Below are positions 1 through 8,260 of a stretch of 31,339 bases of DNA, piece by piece. Numbering within the stretch: the first letter of the stretch is position 1; every line of letters starts with the position of its first letter. The stretch spans positions 1 to 31,339 of the IMG/VR virus record IMGVR_UViG_3300033182_000245; one strand, written 5' to 3'. A program made the position numbers and the translations under genes. Source of the stretch: a virus. Below the pieces are notes generated by a model. The model saw only the letters and a list, made by a program, of their open reading frames with translations. It did not search any database and was not told the origin of the DNA.

Positions 1-141
1 AGCGAAACGCTTCACGTCTTTGAATGATCCACGTCCAGCGTGCCAGATAGGCCATGCGCTGTGAACGTACACAGTTCCATCACGATCGAGAGTGAAGTTC
101 GCTGCAGGCACTTTGTAATGCGAATGCACGAAACGAATCAC
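1..141. repeat. Terminal direct repeat, copy 1 (identical to 31199..31339); circular-assembly overlap
   Basis: Compared base by base: agcgaaacgcttcacgtctttgaatgatcc...cgaatgcacgaaacgaatcac occurs at both window ends. The repeat lies inside one continuous reading frame. Confidence 0.95.
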
Positions 142-351
142 GCCAGCGTTCGCGCCTTTCTGATTGCCAGCGTTCTTCGGATTCGTTGATTCAGTAGCAG
201 CACCAGCAGTGTGGTGAACCATCAAAGCGACAGGCTTCCCTTTGCGTCGCCATGAGATGCCACGACGCTTGTCATCCCAGTGAGCGAAGAACTCAATCTT
301 CTCACCAAGATGTTCATCAAGCGCACCTTCAAGACGATCATCGAAACTCAT
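1..351 (-). CDS. Endolysin, N-acetylmuramoyl-L-alanine amidase (amidase_2/PGRP type), N-terminal part; continues across the circular junction into 30944..31198
   Basis: Absent from the ORF track because it runs off the window start. Minus-strand ATG at 351..349 forms an ATGA overlap with the holin stop at 350..348. It reads MSFDDRLEGALDEHLGEKIEFFAHWDDKRRGISWRRKGKPVALMVHHTAGAATES... The frame is continuous through the 141-bp repeat. HHTAG is the typical zinc-ligand motif. Confidence 0.85.
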   Translation of the reverse strand, partial: MSFDDRLEGALDEHLGEKIEFFAHWDDKRRGISWRRKGKPVALMVHHTAGAATESTNPKNAGNQKGANAGVIRFVHSHYKVPAANFTLDRDGTVYVHSAWPIWHAGRGSFKDVKRFA

Positions 352-572
352 GACTGATTCAGAAACGAGGGCGACTCATGATCACCGACACCTGTTGCGA
401 CGATGCTCATCAGCACACTCGATAACGCAGCAAGAGCAGCGACGCTTGCTGCTTGCAGCCAGTCAACGTCGAGCACGCCAGACACTTGCGTTCCCCAGAG
501 AGCGAGCAACGCCTGAGCCGCTGTGCGAATCGCCCTCTCAATCGTCTGCTTCCAGAACTTCAACTCCCACAT
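348..572 (-). CDS. Holin (phage r1t-holin-like)
   Basis: 74 aa. WKQTIERAIRTAAQALLAL is followed by a second hydrophobic segment AASVAALAALSSVLMSIVA. AGGAG lies 6 nt upstream of the ATG. Sits immediately 5' of the endolysin with an ATGA overlap. Confidence 0.7.
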   Translation of the reverse strand: MWELKFWKQTIERAIRTAAQALLALWGTQVSGVLDVDWLQAASVAALAALSSVLMSIVATGVGDHESPSFLNQS

Positions 573-581
573 GTTGCTCTC

Positions 582-806
582 CTAATCGTTGAGATGCCAT
601 TCAATGTGATCATCGATCTTGCCACGAATGTCACGCAGATCATTCTCGATGCGATTCAAACTGTCTCGCGTGCTCGTCCCGCCGTTCGGTCTGAACTCGC
701 GGCTCATGCTGATCTGCGCCTTGATGACCCACAGGAGTCCGGCGGCTATCGCGCTGAGTATGGCGAACAGGCCGACCGAGATGCCGATCACCTCGGCTGC
801 GCTCAT
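582..806 (-). CDS. Small membrane protein of the lysis cassette (DUF2746-like)
   Basis: 74 aa. N-terminal TM segment VIGISVGLFAILSAIAAGLLWVI, then RPNGGTSTRDSLNRIENDL, as seen in actinophage lysis-region membrane proteins. Overlaps the upstream gene. Confidence 0.6.
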   Translation of the reverse strand: MSAAEVIGISVGLFAILSAIAAGLLWVIKAQISMSREFRPNGGTSTRDSLNRIENDLRDIRGKIDDHIEWHLND

Positions 807-1054
807 GACGCCTCGTCCTCCGCTGGTGCTTCCGGCGCGACGAACTCGTCAAGTTCAGCGTCATAACGGAACCCGATACCGGCGTACCGGCCGCGAATGT
901 TGTTGTTGTATGAGGTGCGGATCCACGTGCCGGTCAAGCCGATGCCGTGAATGTACGCCTCGATCGCCGCGTCGCTCTCTGTCTCATCGAGGTCGTTTGG
1001 TACGACGATGACTTCACGGACGATGCCGTCTTCTATGCGTGCTGCATGTGCCAT
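803..1054 (-). CDS. Hypothetical protein downstream of the tail fibre
   Basis: 83 aa. Strong GGAGGAAAG SD before the ATG at 1054. The RIEDGIVREVIVV N-terminus is common in small phage proteins. Acidic C-terminus. Confidence 0.6.
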   Translation of the reverse strand: MAHAARIEDGIVREVIVVPNDLDETESDAAIEAYIHGIGLTGTWIRTSYNNNIRGRYAGIGFRYDAELDEFVAPEAPAEDEAS

Positions 1055-1083
1055 TACTTTCCTCCGCTATGTTGCTTACCCAT

Positions 1084-2937
1084 TTACGCTGTCCTCACTC
1101 GCACGATCACGACACCGCTGCCGCCGTCGCCGCCAGCACCTGCGCCGCCGCCGCTTGCTCCACGACCGCCGCCGCCGCCGCCTGTGTTGACGGTTGCCGC
1201 CGTTGGAACTGCTGACGAATTAGTGCCATTTGCTCCACCACCTGCGCCGCCAGCGCCAGCAGTCCCACCCACGGAACCACCACCGCCGCCGCCTGCGCGA
1301 GTAACGCTAGATCCGGTGATTGAGGATGCCGTACCAGCGCCGCCTGCGCCGCCACCCGAACCGGAACCACCGCCGCCCGTTGCGGAAGCACCACCACCAC
1401 CGCCGCCGCCATAACTTGATGCGGCAGCAGAGCCAGCGGCCCCGTCGTTTCCAAGGGTGCTGAATCCAGACCCAAAGCCCTGCGTGGTGACACCGCCACC
1501 ACCAGAACCACCATTGTCGCCAGCGGCTCCGGCGTTATCCTCACCACCAGCGCCACCGCCGGGAGCCACTAAGAAACCCAATCGACTAGAAGTCCCGGTC
1601 GTGCTGTTGCTGCTGCTAGACGTTCCACCCCCGCCTACAACGCAGGTCAATGATCCAGCAGGAAGATACACTTGTGATGTTTCTAGGTAACCGCCAGCGC
1701 CACCACCGCCACCACCATTACCACTAGACCGAGCGTTACCACCCGCACCCCCACCGCCCACGATGAGGCAGTCCACGTAACCGGCCACATTCACCGTCAG
1801 CGTGCCACTCGCCGTGAACTCGTAGTACGAGTACGTCGCTCCACCAGAAGAGTACGAGCCAGTCGCCGTGTTACCGATAGAAGCGAAACCAGCGACAGGG
1901 GTGTAGGGCCGCGCTACACGGACAACAACCTTGCCGGAGCCGCCGTTACCGCCAGTATCAACACCACCAGAATAACCAGCGCCGCCGCCACCACCACCCG
2001 TGTTGGTTGTGCCTGCCGAACCCACACCGCCATTAGAACCGTTACCACCACCACCGGAACCGCCTGTTCCGGCTGTGCCAGTAAAGATGCCACCACCACC
2101 GCCACCAGCACGGGTAACGGACGATCCGGTAAACGAGTTGGCTAATCCATCGCCGCCGTTGCCAGCCGTTGTAGAAGCACCATTCCCACCTACGGCACTC
2201 GCACCACCGCCACCGCCAGCGCCATAGTTGGCGGTGCCAAATCCTGTTCCACCATCAAATCCTTGACCGGATACGCCTGTGCCTGTCGTTGCGCCGCCTG
2301 CGCCCCCGCCGCCACCACCACCGGAGCCACCGTTTTCGCCGCGTAGATTGAAACCACCACCGCCACCGCCAGCAACAGCGTAATACGATCCACAACGCGA
2401 ACTTGTTCCTGCGTATCCGTTGCTCTCAGACGCGCTATCGGGAGCGCCAGAACCGCCTGCGCCGACTGTGATGGTGTGCGTACCTGCACTCAGATACGCG
2501 CTAGTGGCCTCCAAGTGACCACCAGCGCCGCCGCCGCCACCGCCAGCACCAGCGGTAACAGGCGATCCGCCGCCAGCGCCACCACCAACGACCAGCACAT
2601 CAGCCAGACCGGCCTGCGTCACATTCAGCGACGAAGACGCATCAAACTCCCAAAAATCGTAGGTCACACCACCGCTGGTGTAGTTACCGGTCGGGGTGTC
2701 CGAGATAGCCGCGCCAGCAAGAGCACCAGACACCGCCGTCCAGGCGCTGCCGTCGTAGTATTCAAGCGCGTCATCGTCGGTGCGGAACGTCACCTGACCC
2801 TCAACAGGCGAAGGGATCGCAGACGCACGCGCAGCAGTCCCACCAAACACCAAAACACCCTGCATCAAGTAATCATTCGTATCAGCAGCGGTGAGAACAT
2901 CGCCAGCCGTGAACGTCTTGAAACCACCAGCAGCCAT
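1084..2937 (-). CDS. Glycine-rich minor tail/tail-fibre protein with two tandem Gly-rich modules
   Basis: I place the start at ATG 2937 (TAATG overlap with the preceding stop) rather than the track's TTG at 2952. The N-terminus MAAGGFKTFTAGDVLTAADTNDYLMQG then aligns from residue 1 with its 70-aa paralog. Two modules are each framed by T.TG.Y.SGG.TY..(W/Y)EF.AS..L.V..AG..D.L(V/I)VGGG(G)AGG ... GG(H/Y)LE ... GSG.V(V/I)VRV. Confidence 0.8.
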   Translation of the reverse strand: MAAGGFKTFTAGDVLTAADTNDYLMQGVLVFGGTAARASAIPSPVEGQVTFRTDDDALEYYDGSAWTAVSGALAGAAISDTPTGNYTSGGVTYDFWEFDASSSLNVTQAGLADVLVVGGGAGGGSPVTAGAGGGGGGAGGHLEATSAYLSAGTHTITVGAGGSGAPDSASESNGYAGTSSRCGSYYAVAGGGGGGFNLRGENGGSGGGGGGGAGGATTGTGVSGQGFDGGTGFGTANYGAGGGGGASAVGGNGASTTAGNGGDGLANSFTGSSVTRAGGGGGGIFTGTAGTGGSGGGGNGSNGGVGSAGTTNTGGGGGGAGYSGGVDTGGNGGSGKVVVRVARPYTPVAGFASIGNTATGSYSSGGATYSYYEFTASGTLTVNVAGYVDCLIVGGGGAGGNARSSGNGGGGGGAGGYLETSQVYLPAGSLTCVVGGGGTSSSSNSTTGTSSRLGFLVAPGGGAGGEDNAGAAGDNGGSGGGGVTTQGFGSGFSTLGNDGAAGSAAASSYGGGGGGGASATGGGGSGSGGGAGGAGTASSITGSSVTRAGGGGGGSVGGTAGAGGAGGGANGTNSSAVPTAATVNTGGGGGGRGASGGGAGAGGDGGSGVVIVRVRTA

Positions 2938-3149
2938 TAGAGCGCCGTCCAATCTGATCCGTCGAAATACTGAATGCTGTCCGTGTCAGACAGATAAGTG
3001 AACATCCCCTCCGAAGGGGAAGCGATAGCCGAAGCACGCGCCGCCGTACCCGCGAACACCATGAACGCCTGATCCATGATGTATGTCTGTACGTCAGAGG
3101 CCGTGAGTACGTCGCCTGCTGTGAAAGTCTTGAATCCTGCTCCTGCCAT
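2937..3149 (-). CDS. Small minor-tail protein; stand-alone paralog of the fibre N-terminal domain
   Basis: 70 aa: MAGAGFKTFTAGDVLTASDVQTYIMDQAFMVFAGTAARASAIASPSEGMFTYLSDTDSIQYFDGSDWTAL. About 60% identical to residues 1-70 of the next gene, but diverged at synonymous sites. Confidence 0.7.
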   Translation of the reverse strand: MAGAGFKTFTAGDVLTASDVQTYIMDQAFMVFAGTAARASAIASPSEGMFTYLSDTDSIQYFDGSDWTAL

Positions 3150-3157
3150 TGTGTCTC

Positions 3158-4375
3158 CTAGAATCCAAGTTTGTCATCGTCGAGAACGCCGAAGATTGCT
3201 GAGTCAAGTATGAATGATGCTTGCGCTCTCGACATCGACAATCTGACTCGATGATTCGCTGGCGTGATCGTGTGTTCGATTCTGTCGAGTGAAGCGTATT
3301 GTGTGATCGCTGAACCAACTGTTGGCTGAAACGTCACTTCTAATGGCGCAGCGATGTCGATCGCGGCGATGGATTTCTGTTGCGCTGTTGTGAGTGCGTT
3401 CATGTTCACATCGACGCTCTGAATGCGTAACAGCGGATCTTTGTAGCGACTGAGCAGATACGACGCGAGATCGCTCATCTCTGTGTCATCGTCGAATAGC
3501 AGATTCGACTTCGATAGATCACTCACGCCATATGTCGTCTGTGATGTTGCGTCAGTCGCGACAGCAGTTCCGCCGTTGACGCGTGACAGAGTGATGCTGT
3601 TGTAGAGAGTCTCTGTGCCGTAGTCGACTGTGACTGTTTCGAATGGAATACCTGTGCCGCCAATGAGTGTTGATGCGCCGAAGTCTTGAACTGTCGCGCG
3701 ATCATGAAACGTTGCGTTGCCTTCGCGTGACATGAAGAACGCGCCGAACTCTGTGTCGTTGACTCGCTGCAGGTAGTCGAGAACGTTCGTGTCTTCTTCT
3801 GGCGTGTCTGCTTGCAGCGTGACTTCGCCTGTGTCGATGCTGCGTTTGCTCGTTGGCCATGCTGCTTCTGTCAGAACAGCACCGACGCGAGCACCTGACG
3901 TTTGTGCGCTGCGCGTTGCTGTGCTCATCGTTACTTGACCAAGTGTGATGAATCCATCGAGACATGCTGCTGTCGTCGTTGAGTCTTCGCGTTGAAAGTC
4001 AAGATTCCAGTCATCGACAAGACCAGTGAAGATCGGCTCATTGTTGATGACGATCTGCACATTCTTACGAGGCACGATGCTGTTGGCATATGGGCTGATT
4101 GCTGTGCCTGCTGTCGGATCGAATAAGCGATCACGATTGTCGAGAACGATGTTCGCTGTCGCTGCTTGTGTGCGATCGAGCAGACGCGAACTACCTCGAG
4201 AGATTGAGACGCTGCGAACGTACTGAGTGACATCGACTAGCGAATAGGCTCCGCCGAGGGTGTAGATGCTGTTATCGAGTACGCCCTTCACGCTGTCATC
4301 GAGTGTGAAGAAGTTCGTCGCTCCGCCTGCGCCTTCGTCGAACGCGAAGACAACTTGCACATCAGGGATCGCCAT
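3158..4375 (-). CDS. Minor tail protein (distal-tail-protein-like)
   Basis: 405 aa, directly after the tape measure with a 1-nt overlap. The N-terminus MAIPDVQVVFAFDEG...FFTLDDS resembles siphophage tail proteins found in this position. Confidence 0.65.
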   Translation of the reverse strand: MAIPDVQVVFAFDEGAGGATNFFTLDDSVKGVLDNSIYTLGGAYSLVDVTQYVRSVSISRGSSRLLDRTQAATANIVLDNRDRLFDPTAGTAISPYANSIVPRKNVQIVINNEPIFTGLVDDWNLDFQREDSTTTAACLDGFITLGQVTMSTATRSAQTSGARVGAVLTEAAWPTSKRSIDTGEVTLQADTPEEDTNVLDYLQRVNDTEFGAFFMSREGNATFHDRATVQDFGASTLIGGTGIPFETVTVDYGTETLYNSITLSRVNGGTAVATDATSQTTYGVSDLSKSNLLFDDDTEMSDLASYLLSRYKDPLLRIQSVDVNMNALTTAQQKSIAAIDIAAPLEVTFQPTVGSAITQYASLDRIEHTITPANHRVRLSMSRAQASFILDSAIFGVLDDDKLGF

Positions 4376-7287
4376 TACGCCACCTGAATGGGAACGGGTC
4401 CGTTGCTGCGTTGATAACGCTTCAACGCTTCAACAATCTGACGGCCTACTTCTGTGCCGTCTGTTCCCATGCCAGCGTTGACAGTCAAGTTGATCGTCGA
4501 GCCCACGCCTGCGCGAGTGTTTGTCGTCAATGCAGAGTTCGGCACGACGTAACCTGAAACGTCAGGCACGAACAGTTCGGGTCCCTTCTCACCGATGAGA
4601 TAAGGGCTGCCTCCGGTGACGGGTCCACCCATCGCTCGCGGTGGTGCTGTGATCGTGCTGACCATGCGCGTGACTTCTTCGTTGATGCGTCGAGTGACGT
4701 TGACATCGATGCGTACTTGACGATCTGCTTTCTTCGCGAGATCGTCCATGATGCGCATGAGTTCTTTGCGACCCTTGCCGCCTTTGCCCATGTATTTGTC
4801 GAAGCCTTTGACTGTGTTCCATGCGCTGTCAACGCCTGCGTCTTTGAACTGTTGCGCAGCGAGCAAGCCAACTTCGTCTGCTGCATCTTGTGATGACTTC
4901 ACAAGTTTGTTCGTTTCATCGATCGCAGTCGAGCCGCCGGCGATAAGTTCATCAGCGATGCGCGTTCCAGCGTTGACACCAGCAGCGAGAACTTGCTGCA
5001 ATGCTTCTTCTGACAAGTCCATCGCGATCAACTGCTTGATCTTCGTCGAGAACTCTTTGACTTTCTCTGCTTGCGCTTTCAATCCTTCAAGGAAAGTCAT
5101 GCCGACGCGTTCGCCGTCTTCGTTGAACTCGGGTGCAATCTCAGAGAAGTTGATGTTGCCAATGATCGACGATGCAACATCTCGCGCATAGTCTTTGAAT
5201 ATCTGACGCTGCGCTTCAAGTTCTTGCTTCAAGCCTGCGCGAACGCTCTTCACCTTATCGATGAACGCTGTCTGCATCGCGGCGCGAACGTTGTCGCCGC
5301 CTGCTTCAAGAGCATCTGTCAGGCCGTTGATGATGTCAGCACCGAAGCCCGCAAACACCTTCGATGGTGAGGCGATGCCGAGTGCTTTCTTGAACGGACC
5401 AACAATCCATGAAGGGAGTTGATCGAGAAAGAAGCGACCCATGTTCGGTAGCAGTTGTGATGCTCCATCCATCAGGCCTTGAATCATGTCTTTGCCTGTC
5501 TGGAACAACCAGTCTTTCGCGTTGCCTAATGCTTCACGCACAGTCTCAGGAAGTTCACGCACAGTATCGATTGCGTCGCTGATCGCATCGATGACTGTCT
5601 TTCCGAAGTTGAATATCTTCTTGCCAACTTTGAATGCTTCAACACCGACATCGAAGAAGTATGCAGCCGTGTCGATCAACCCACTGATGAGAAGTCCAAG
5701 GCCTTCAATCAACTTCGACAGATAGAACTCATAGAACTTCGCGATCGCAGGGATGACGTACTTGTTCAAGAACTCCCAGACAGTCGAGAATGCTTGCTTG
5801 ACTGCATCGATCTTGTCTGCGTTCTCGTCGAGTTTCTTCTTCAACTGATCGACTGCTTGCGCGACAGCAGCACGCACAGCATTCCAGATCGCGATGACAC
5901 CGTTACGGAATGCTTCGCTCTTCGTCCACAGCAGCACGACGACAGCGACGAACGCTGCGACTGCTGCGATGACAGCGAGCACAGGCAGACTGATCGCGCC
6001 CATCACACCTACGAGAGCGCCGAGTGCGCTGACGACAGCACCAAGCACGATCAGCAAAGGTCCGACTACTGCTGCGATCGCAGCGAACAGCATCGCCATC
6101 TTCTTCTGTTCAGGTGATAACGCTTTGAATGCTGCGACAAGTTGCTGCAACTTCTCTGCCGCCATCTCAACGAACGGCGCGATTGCGTCGCCTATCTCGA
6201 TGAGACTGTTCTTGACGCTCGACAAAGCCTGCTGCAACTGAAAGCCAGAAGTGCTCGCTGTCGCTTCGAACGCTGAATCGAGAATGCCTGTCGTGTCAGA
6301 CATGCGTCCGAAGATGTCTTCGGTTGTTTCAGCACCAGCACCGAGCATGTCCATGACACCAGTGAGCGCACGCACGTTGCCGAAGAACTTCGCAGTCGCG
6401 ATTGTGTTACCACCGAAGCGATCTTTCAATAGTTGCAGCGTCGCAAGCAATCCATCTTCGCGCAGAGACTTGCGCAATTGCTTGTATGACAGATCAACAC
6501 TCTTCAAGGCCTTTCGACCCTTCGGTGTTTCTTTCGCAATCGAAGCCAAGATGCCGCGCACTTGTGTTGCTGCTTCGCTCGCGTTTGTTCCAGTTCGAGA
6601 CATGGATGCGAAAGCAGCACCAACTTCGTCAAACTGGACACCCATCGCAGATGCGATCGGGAGAACTGCGCCCATCGCGCCAGCAAGTTCAGCAGGTTCA
6701 AGTTTGCCTTCTCGAACTGCTGCGGTGAGAACGTCTGTTGCTGCTGACGCTTTCAACGTATCGCTTCCGTATGCGTTCATCGCTGATGTTGCGAGATCAG
6801 CGATTGTTTGCACTTCACCAAGACCTGATGCTGACGCTTTCAGAGAAGCCTCGAGAACGTCCATTGCATCTGAACCGCGCAACCCAGCAGAGGTGATGAA
6901 GAACAAAGCGTCTGCTGCTTCTGCACCTGTCTTGCCGAACTCGCTTGCAAGATCGATGACAGGCTGACGCATCGCATCGACTTCTTCTTGCGCGATACCA
7001 ACAAGTCCGACGATCTTCGACATCGATGTGTCAAAGTCCATCGCCATCTTTGACGCTGCAACACCAACGCCGACGATCGGTAGCGTAACTCCAAGTGTCA
7101 TCTTCTTACCGACAGATGACATCTTCTTTCCGAAGTCCTGCATCTTCGAACCGAAGGCAGCGAACTTGTCACTCGATGTCTTGACCTGCTTGCGCAGTTT
7201 GTCGAGATCCTTGTAGGCACGCTCAAGGTCTTTGCCGTCATACTTACCTGCGACAAGAACATTGACTGCTGGTGTTCTAGGCATCAC
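4375..7287 (-). CDS. Tail tape measure protein
   Basis: 970 aa. TP901-type core (MSKIVGLVGIAQEEVDAMRQ...ADALFFITSAGLRGSDAMDVLEASLKASASG), a central hydrophobic stretch, and C-terminal GGPVTGGSPYLIGEKGPELFVP. Confidence 0.92.
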   Translation of the reverse strand: MMPRTPAVNVLVAGKYDGKDLERAYKDLDKLRKQVKTSSDKFAAFGSKMQDFGKKMSSVGKKMTLGVTLPIVGVGVAASKMAMDFDTSMSKIVGLVGIAQEEVDAMRQPVIDLASEFGKTGAEAADALFFITSAGLRGSDAMDVLEASLKASASGLGEVQTIADLATSAMNAYGSDTLKASAATDVLTAAVREGKLEPAELAGAMGAVLPIASAMGVQFDEVGAAFASMSRTGTNASEAATQVRGILASIAKETPKGRKALKSVDLSYKQLRKSLREDGLLATLQLLKDRFGGNTIATAKFFGNVRALTGVMDMLGAGAETTEDIFGRMSDTTGILDSAFEATASTSGFQLQQALSSVKNSLIEIGDAIAPFVEMAAEKLQQLVAAFKALSPEQKKMAMLFAAIAAVVGPLLIVLGAVVSALGALVGVMGAISLPVLAVIAAVAAFVAVVVLLWTKSEAFRNGVIAIWNAVRAAVAQAVDQLKKKLDENADKIDAVKQAFSTVWEFLNKYVIPAIAKFYEFYLSKLIEGLGLLISGLIDTAAYFFDVGVEAFKVGKKIFNFGKTVIDAISDAIDTVRELPETVREALGNAKDWLFQTGKDMIQGLMDGASQLLPNMGRFFLDQLPSWIVGPFKKALGIASPSKVFAGFGADIINGLTDALEAGGDNVRAAMQTAFIDKVKSVRAGLKQELEAQRQIFKDYARDVASSIIGNINFSEIAPEFNEDGERVGMTFLEGLKAQAEKVKEFSTKIKQLIAMDLSEEALQQVLAAGVNAGTRIADELIAGGSTAIDETNKLVKSSQDAADEVGLLAAQQFKDAGVDSAWNTVKGFDKYMGKGGKGRKELMRIMDDLAKKADRQVRIDVNVTRRINEEVTRMVSTITAPPRAMGGPVTGGSPYLIGEKGPELFVPDVSGYVVPNSALTTNTRAGVGSTINLTVNAGMGTDGTEVGRQIVEALKRYQRSNGPVPIQVA

Positions 7288-7808
7288 GCAGCCCTATCTA
7301 GTAGCGACTGCACTTCGCGAGCAGCCTTGTCCATCAAAGCATTGATCTTCTCTCGAGGCCCATCGCCAGCGTCTTCGATCGCCCCCCAGAGATAACGCTT
7401 CGAAGTATCGCCCCAGTTCTTTGTCAGAGATCGCGCAAACGGATCTCCGCTCTTGTCTCCACGTCCTGCAGTCTGAAAGATCACAGCAACAGGATCGTTC
7501 GAATATCCGACGACACGAATGCTCGCTTTGCGCACAACACCACGACGAACGCTCTCATTGCGACGACGCACGCTTGTCTTCAACGTGTTCTTCAAACGCA
7601 TAGGCGTGTAAGAGAAGTCACGTCCATCGCGTGCTAGACGCCACACTCCCCAGTTCGTGAGAGCGATAGGTGGTGTCAGTTTGCGTGCTTCATCGAGCAC
7701 ACTTGACGCTTCACCTTTGATCTCTTTCGCGATCGCACCGTAGGCTTTCTTATCGAGCGCGGCAAGAGCATTGATGCTGTTCTCGATTCCTTCTGTTCGA
7801 ATGATCAC
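7284..7808 (-). CDS. Hypothetical structural protein (N-terminus weakly HK97-gp10-like)
   Basis: 174 aa with a GTG start at 7808. The frame is closed upstream by TGA at 7829..7827, so this is a separate gene. EGIENSINALAALDKKAYGAIAKEIKGEASSVLDEARKLTP resembles the gp10-family N-terminus. The function call is weak. Confidence 0.55.
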   Translation of the reverse strand: MIIRTEGIENSINALAALDKKAYGAIAKEIKGEASSVLDEARKLTPPIALTNWGVWRLARDGRDFSYTPMRLKNTLKTSVRRRNESVRRGVVRKASIRVVGYSNDPVAVIFQTAGRGDKSGDPFARSLTKNWGDTSKRYLWGAIEDAGDGPREKINALMDKAAREVQSLLDRAA

Positions 7809-7939
7809 TTGCCCATTGCCTTTCGTTCATTGCTCGCTCGCCAGCGCAAGTACCTGAGCATGGTAATCAACATGCGATCGCTCTCAGCCAGCAACACACT
7901 TGGCGCAATATGAAACTCATACGCCAGATGCGCGATCAT
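7805..7939 (-). CDS. Tail assembly chaperone extension (T-like segment), made either by -1 frameshift or as a coupled 44-aa ORF
   Basis: The -1 frame relative to 7936..8220 is open from 7972 to a TGA at 7807..7805. It reads ...GEHSQHFMIAHLAYEFHIAPSVLLAESDRMLITMLRYLRWRASNERKAMGK. An internal ATG at 7939 forms an ATGA overlap with the chaperone stop. Its own stop overlaps the GTG start of the next gene (GTGA). Confidence 0.55.
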   Translation of the reverse strand: MIAHLAYEFHIAPSVLLAESDRMLITMLRYLRWRASNERKAMGK

Positions 7940-8220
7940 GAAGTGCTGGCTGTGTTCTCCAAAGGGGCGATCTCAGCATCATCACCTGAGAAGGTTACTT
8001 CGTCGATCGTATCGAGCCAGGCGTCGAAGTCGAGATCAGTCTTCTTGCGACGATTCAACGAATGCCAGGCGAGCCAGCATAGATCGGTGAAGCGCATCTC
8101 TTTCTCGAACTTGGCGACGCTGCGTTCGAACTTCTCTTCGAAGCGAACGAAGTCAACTGCCGACACGACAGCATCGGCAGTTGACTCGTCCGTGTAGGTC
8201 ACCGTCAGGATCAATCGCAT
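7936..8220 (-). CDS. Tail assembly chaperone (G-like)
   Basis: 94 aa, acidic, directly downstream of the major tail protein. GAAGGAG SD. The pattern FVRFEEKFERS...LAWHSLNRRKKTDLDFDAWLDTIDEV is typical of this family. Confidence 0.7.
   Translation of the reverse strand: MRLILTVTYTDESTADAVVSAVDFVRFEEKFERSVAKFEKEMRFTDLCWLAWHSLNRRKKTDLDFDAWLDTIDEVTFSGDDAEIAPLENTASTS
7960..7966 (-). promoter_or_regulatory. Candidate -1 programmed frameshift heptamer C CCT TTG
   Basis: The zero-frame codons are GCC CCT TTG, which gives X XXY YYZ geometry 9 codons before the chaperone stop. The -1 frame stays open downstream. UUG is not an optimal A-site slip codon. Confidence 0.4.
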
Positions 8221-8260
8221 TGCAGGACTCCTTCTCTCAGGGGGCTAGTTATGTGATGTG

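Noticed and set aside
1-141. Interpreting the 141-bp end repeat as a genuine direct terminal repeat or as a duplicated gene fragment
   Set aside because: The repeat is exact, sits in the middle of the endolysin frame, and the frame continues seamlessly across the junction. A cos-like region lies elsewhere (18360..18514). This cannot be fully excluded without reads.
947-2227. Plus-strand Pro-rich ORFs (947..1414, 1457..1690, 2000..2227) that look like proline-rich or collagen-like proteins
   Set aside because: They are the antisense image of GGN glycine codons in the minus-strand fibre gene. They have no SD or start context, and no other credible plus-strand gene exists in the genome.
7829-7979. 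A +1 frameshift from the chaperone into the frame of the 174-aa gene, making a large G-T fusion
   Set aside because: That frame has stops at 7919..7917 and 7829..7827, so it cannot connect the two genes.
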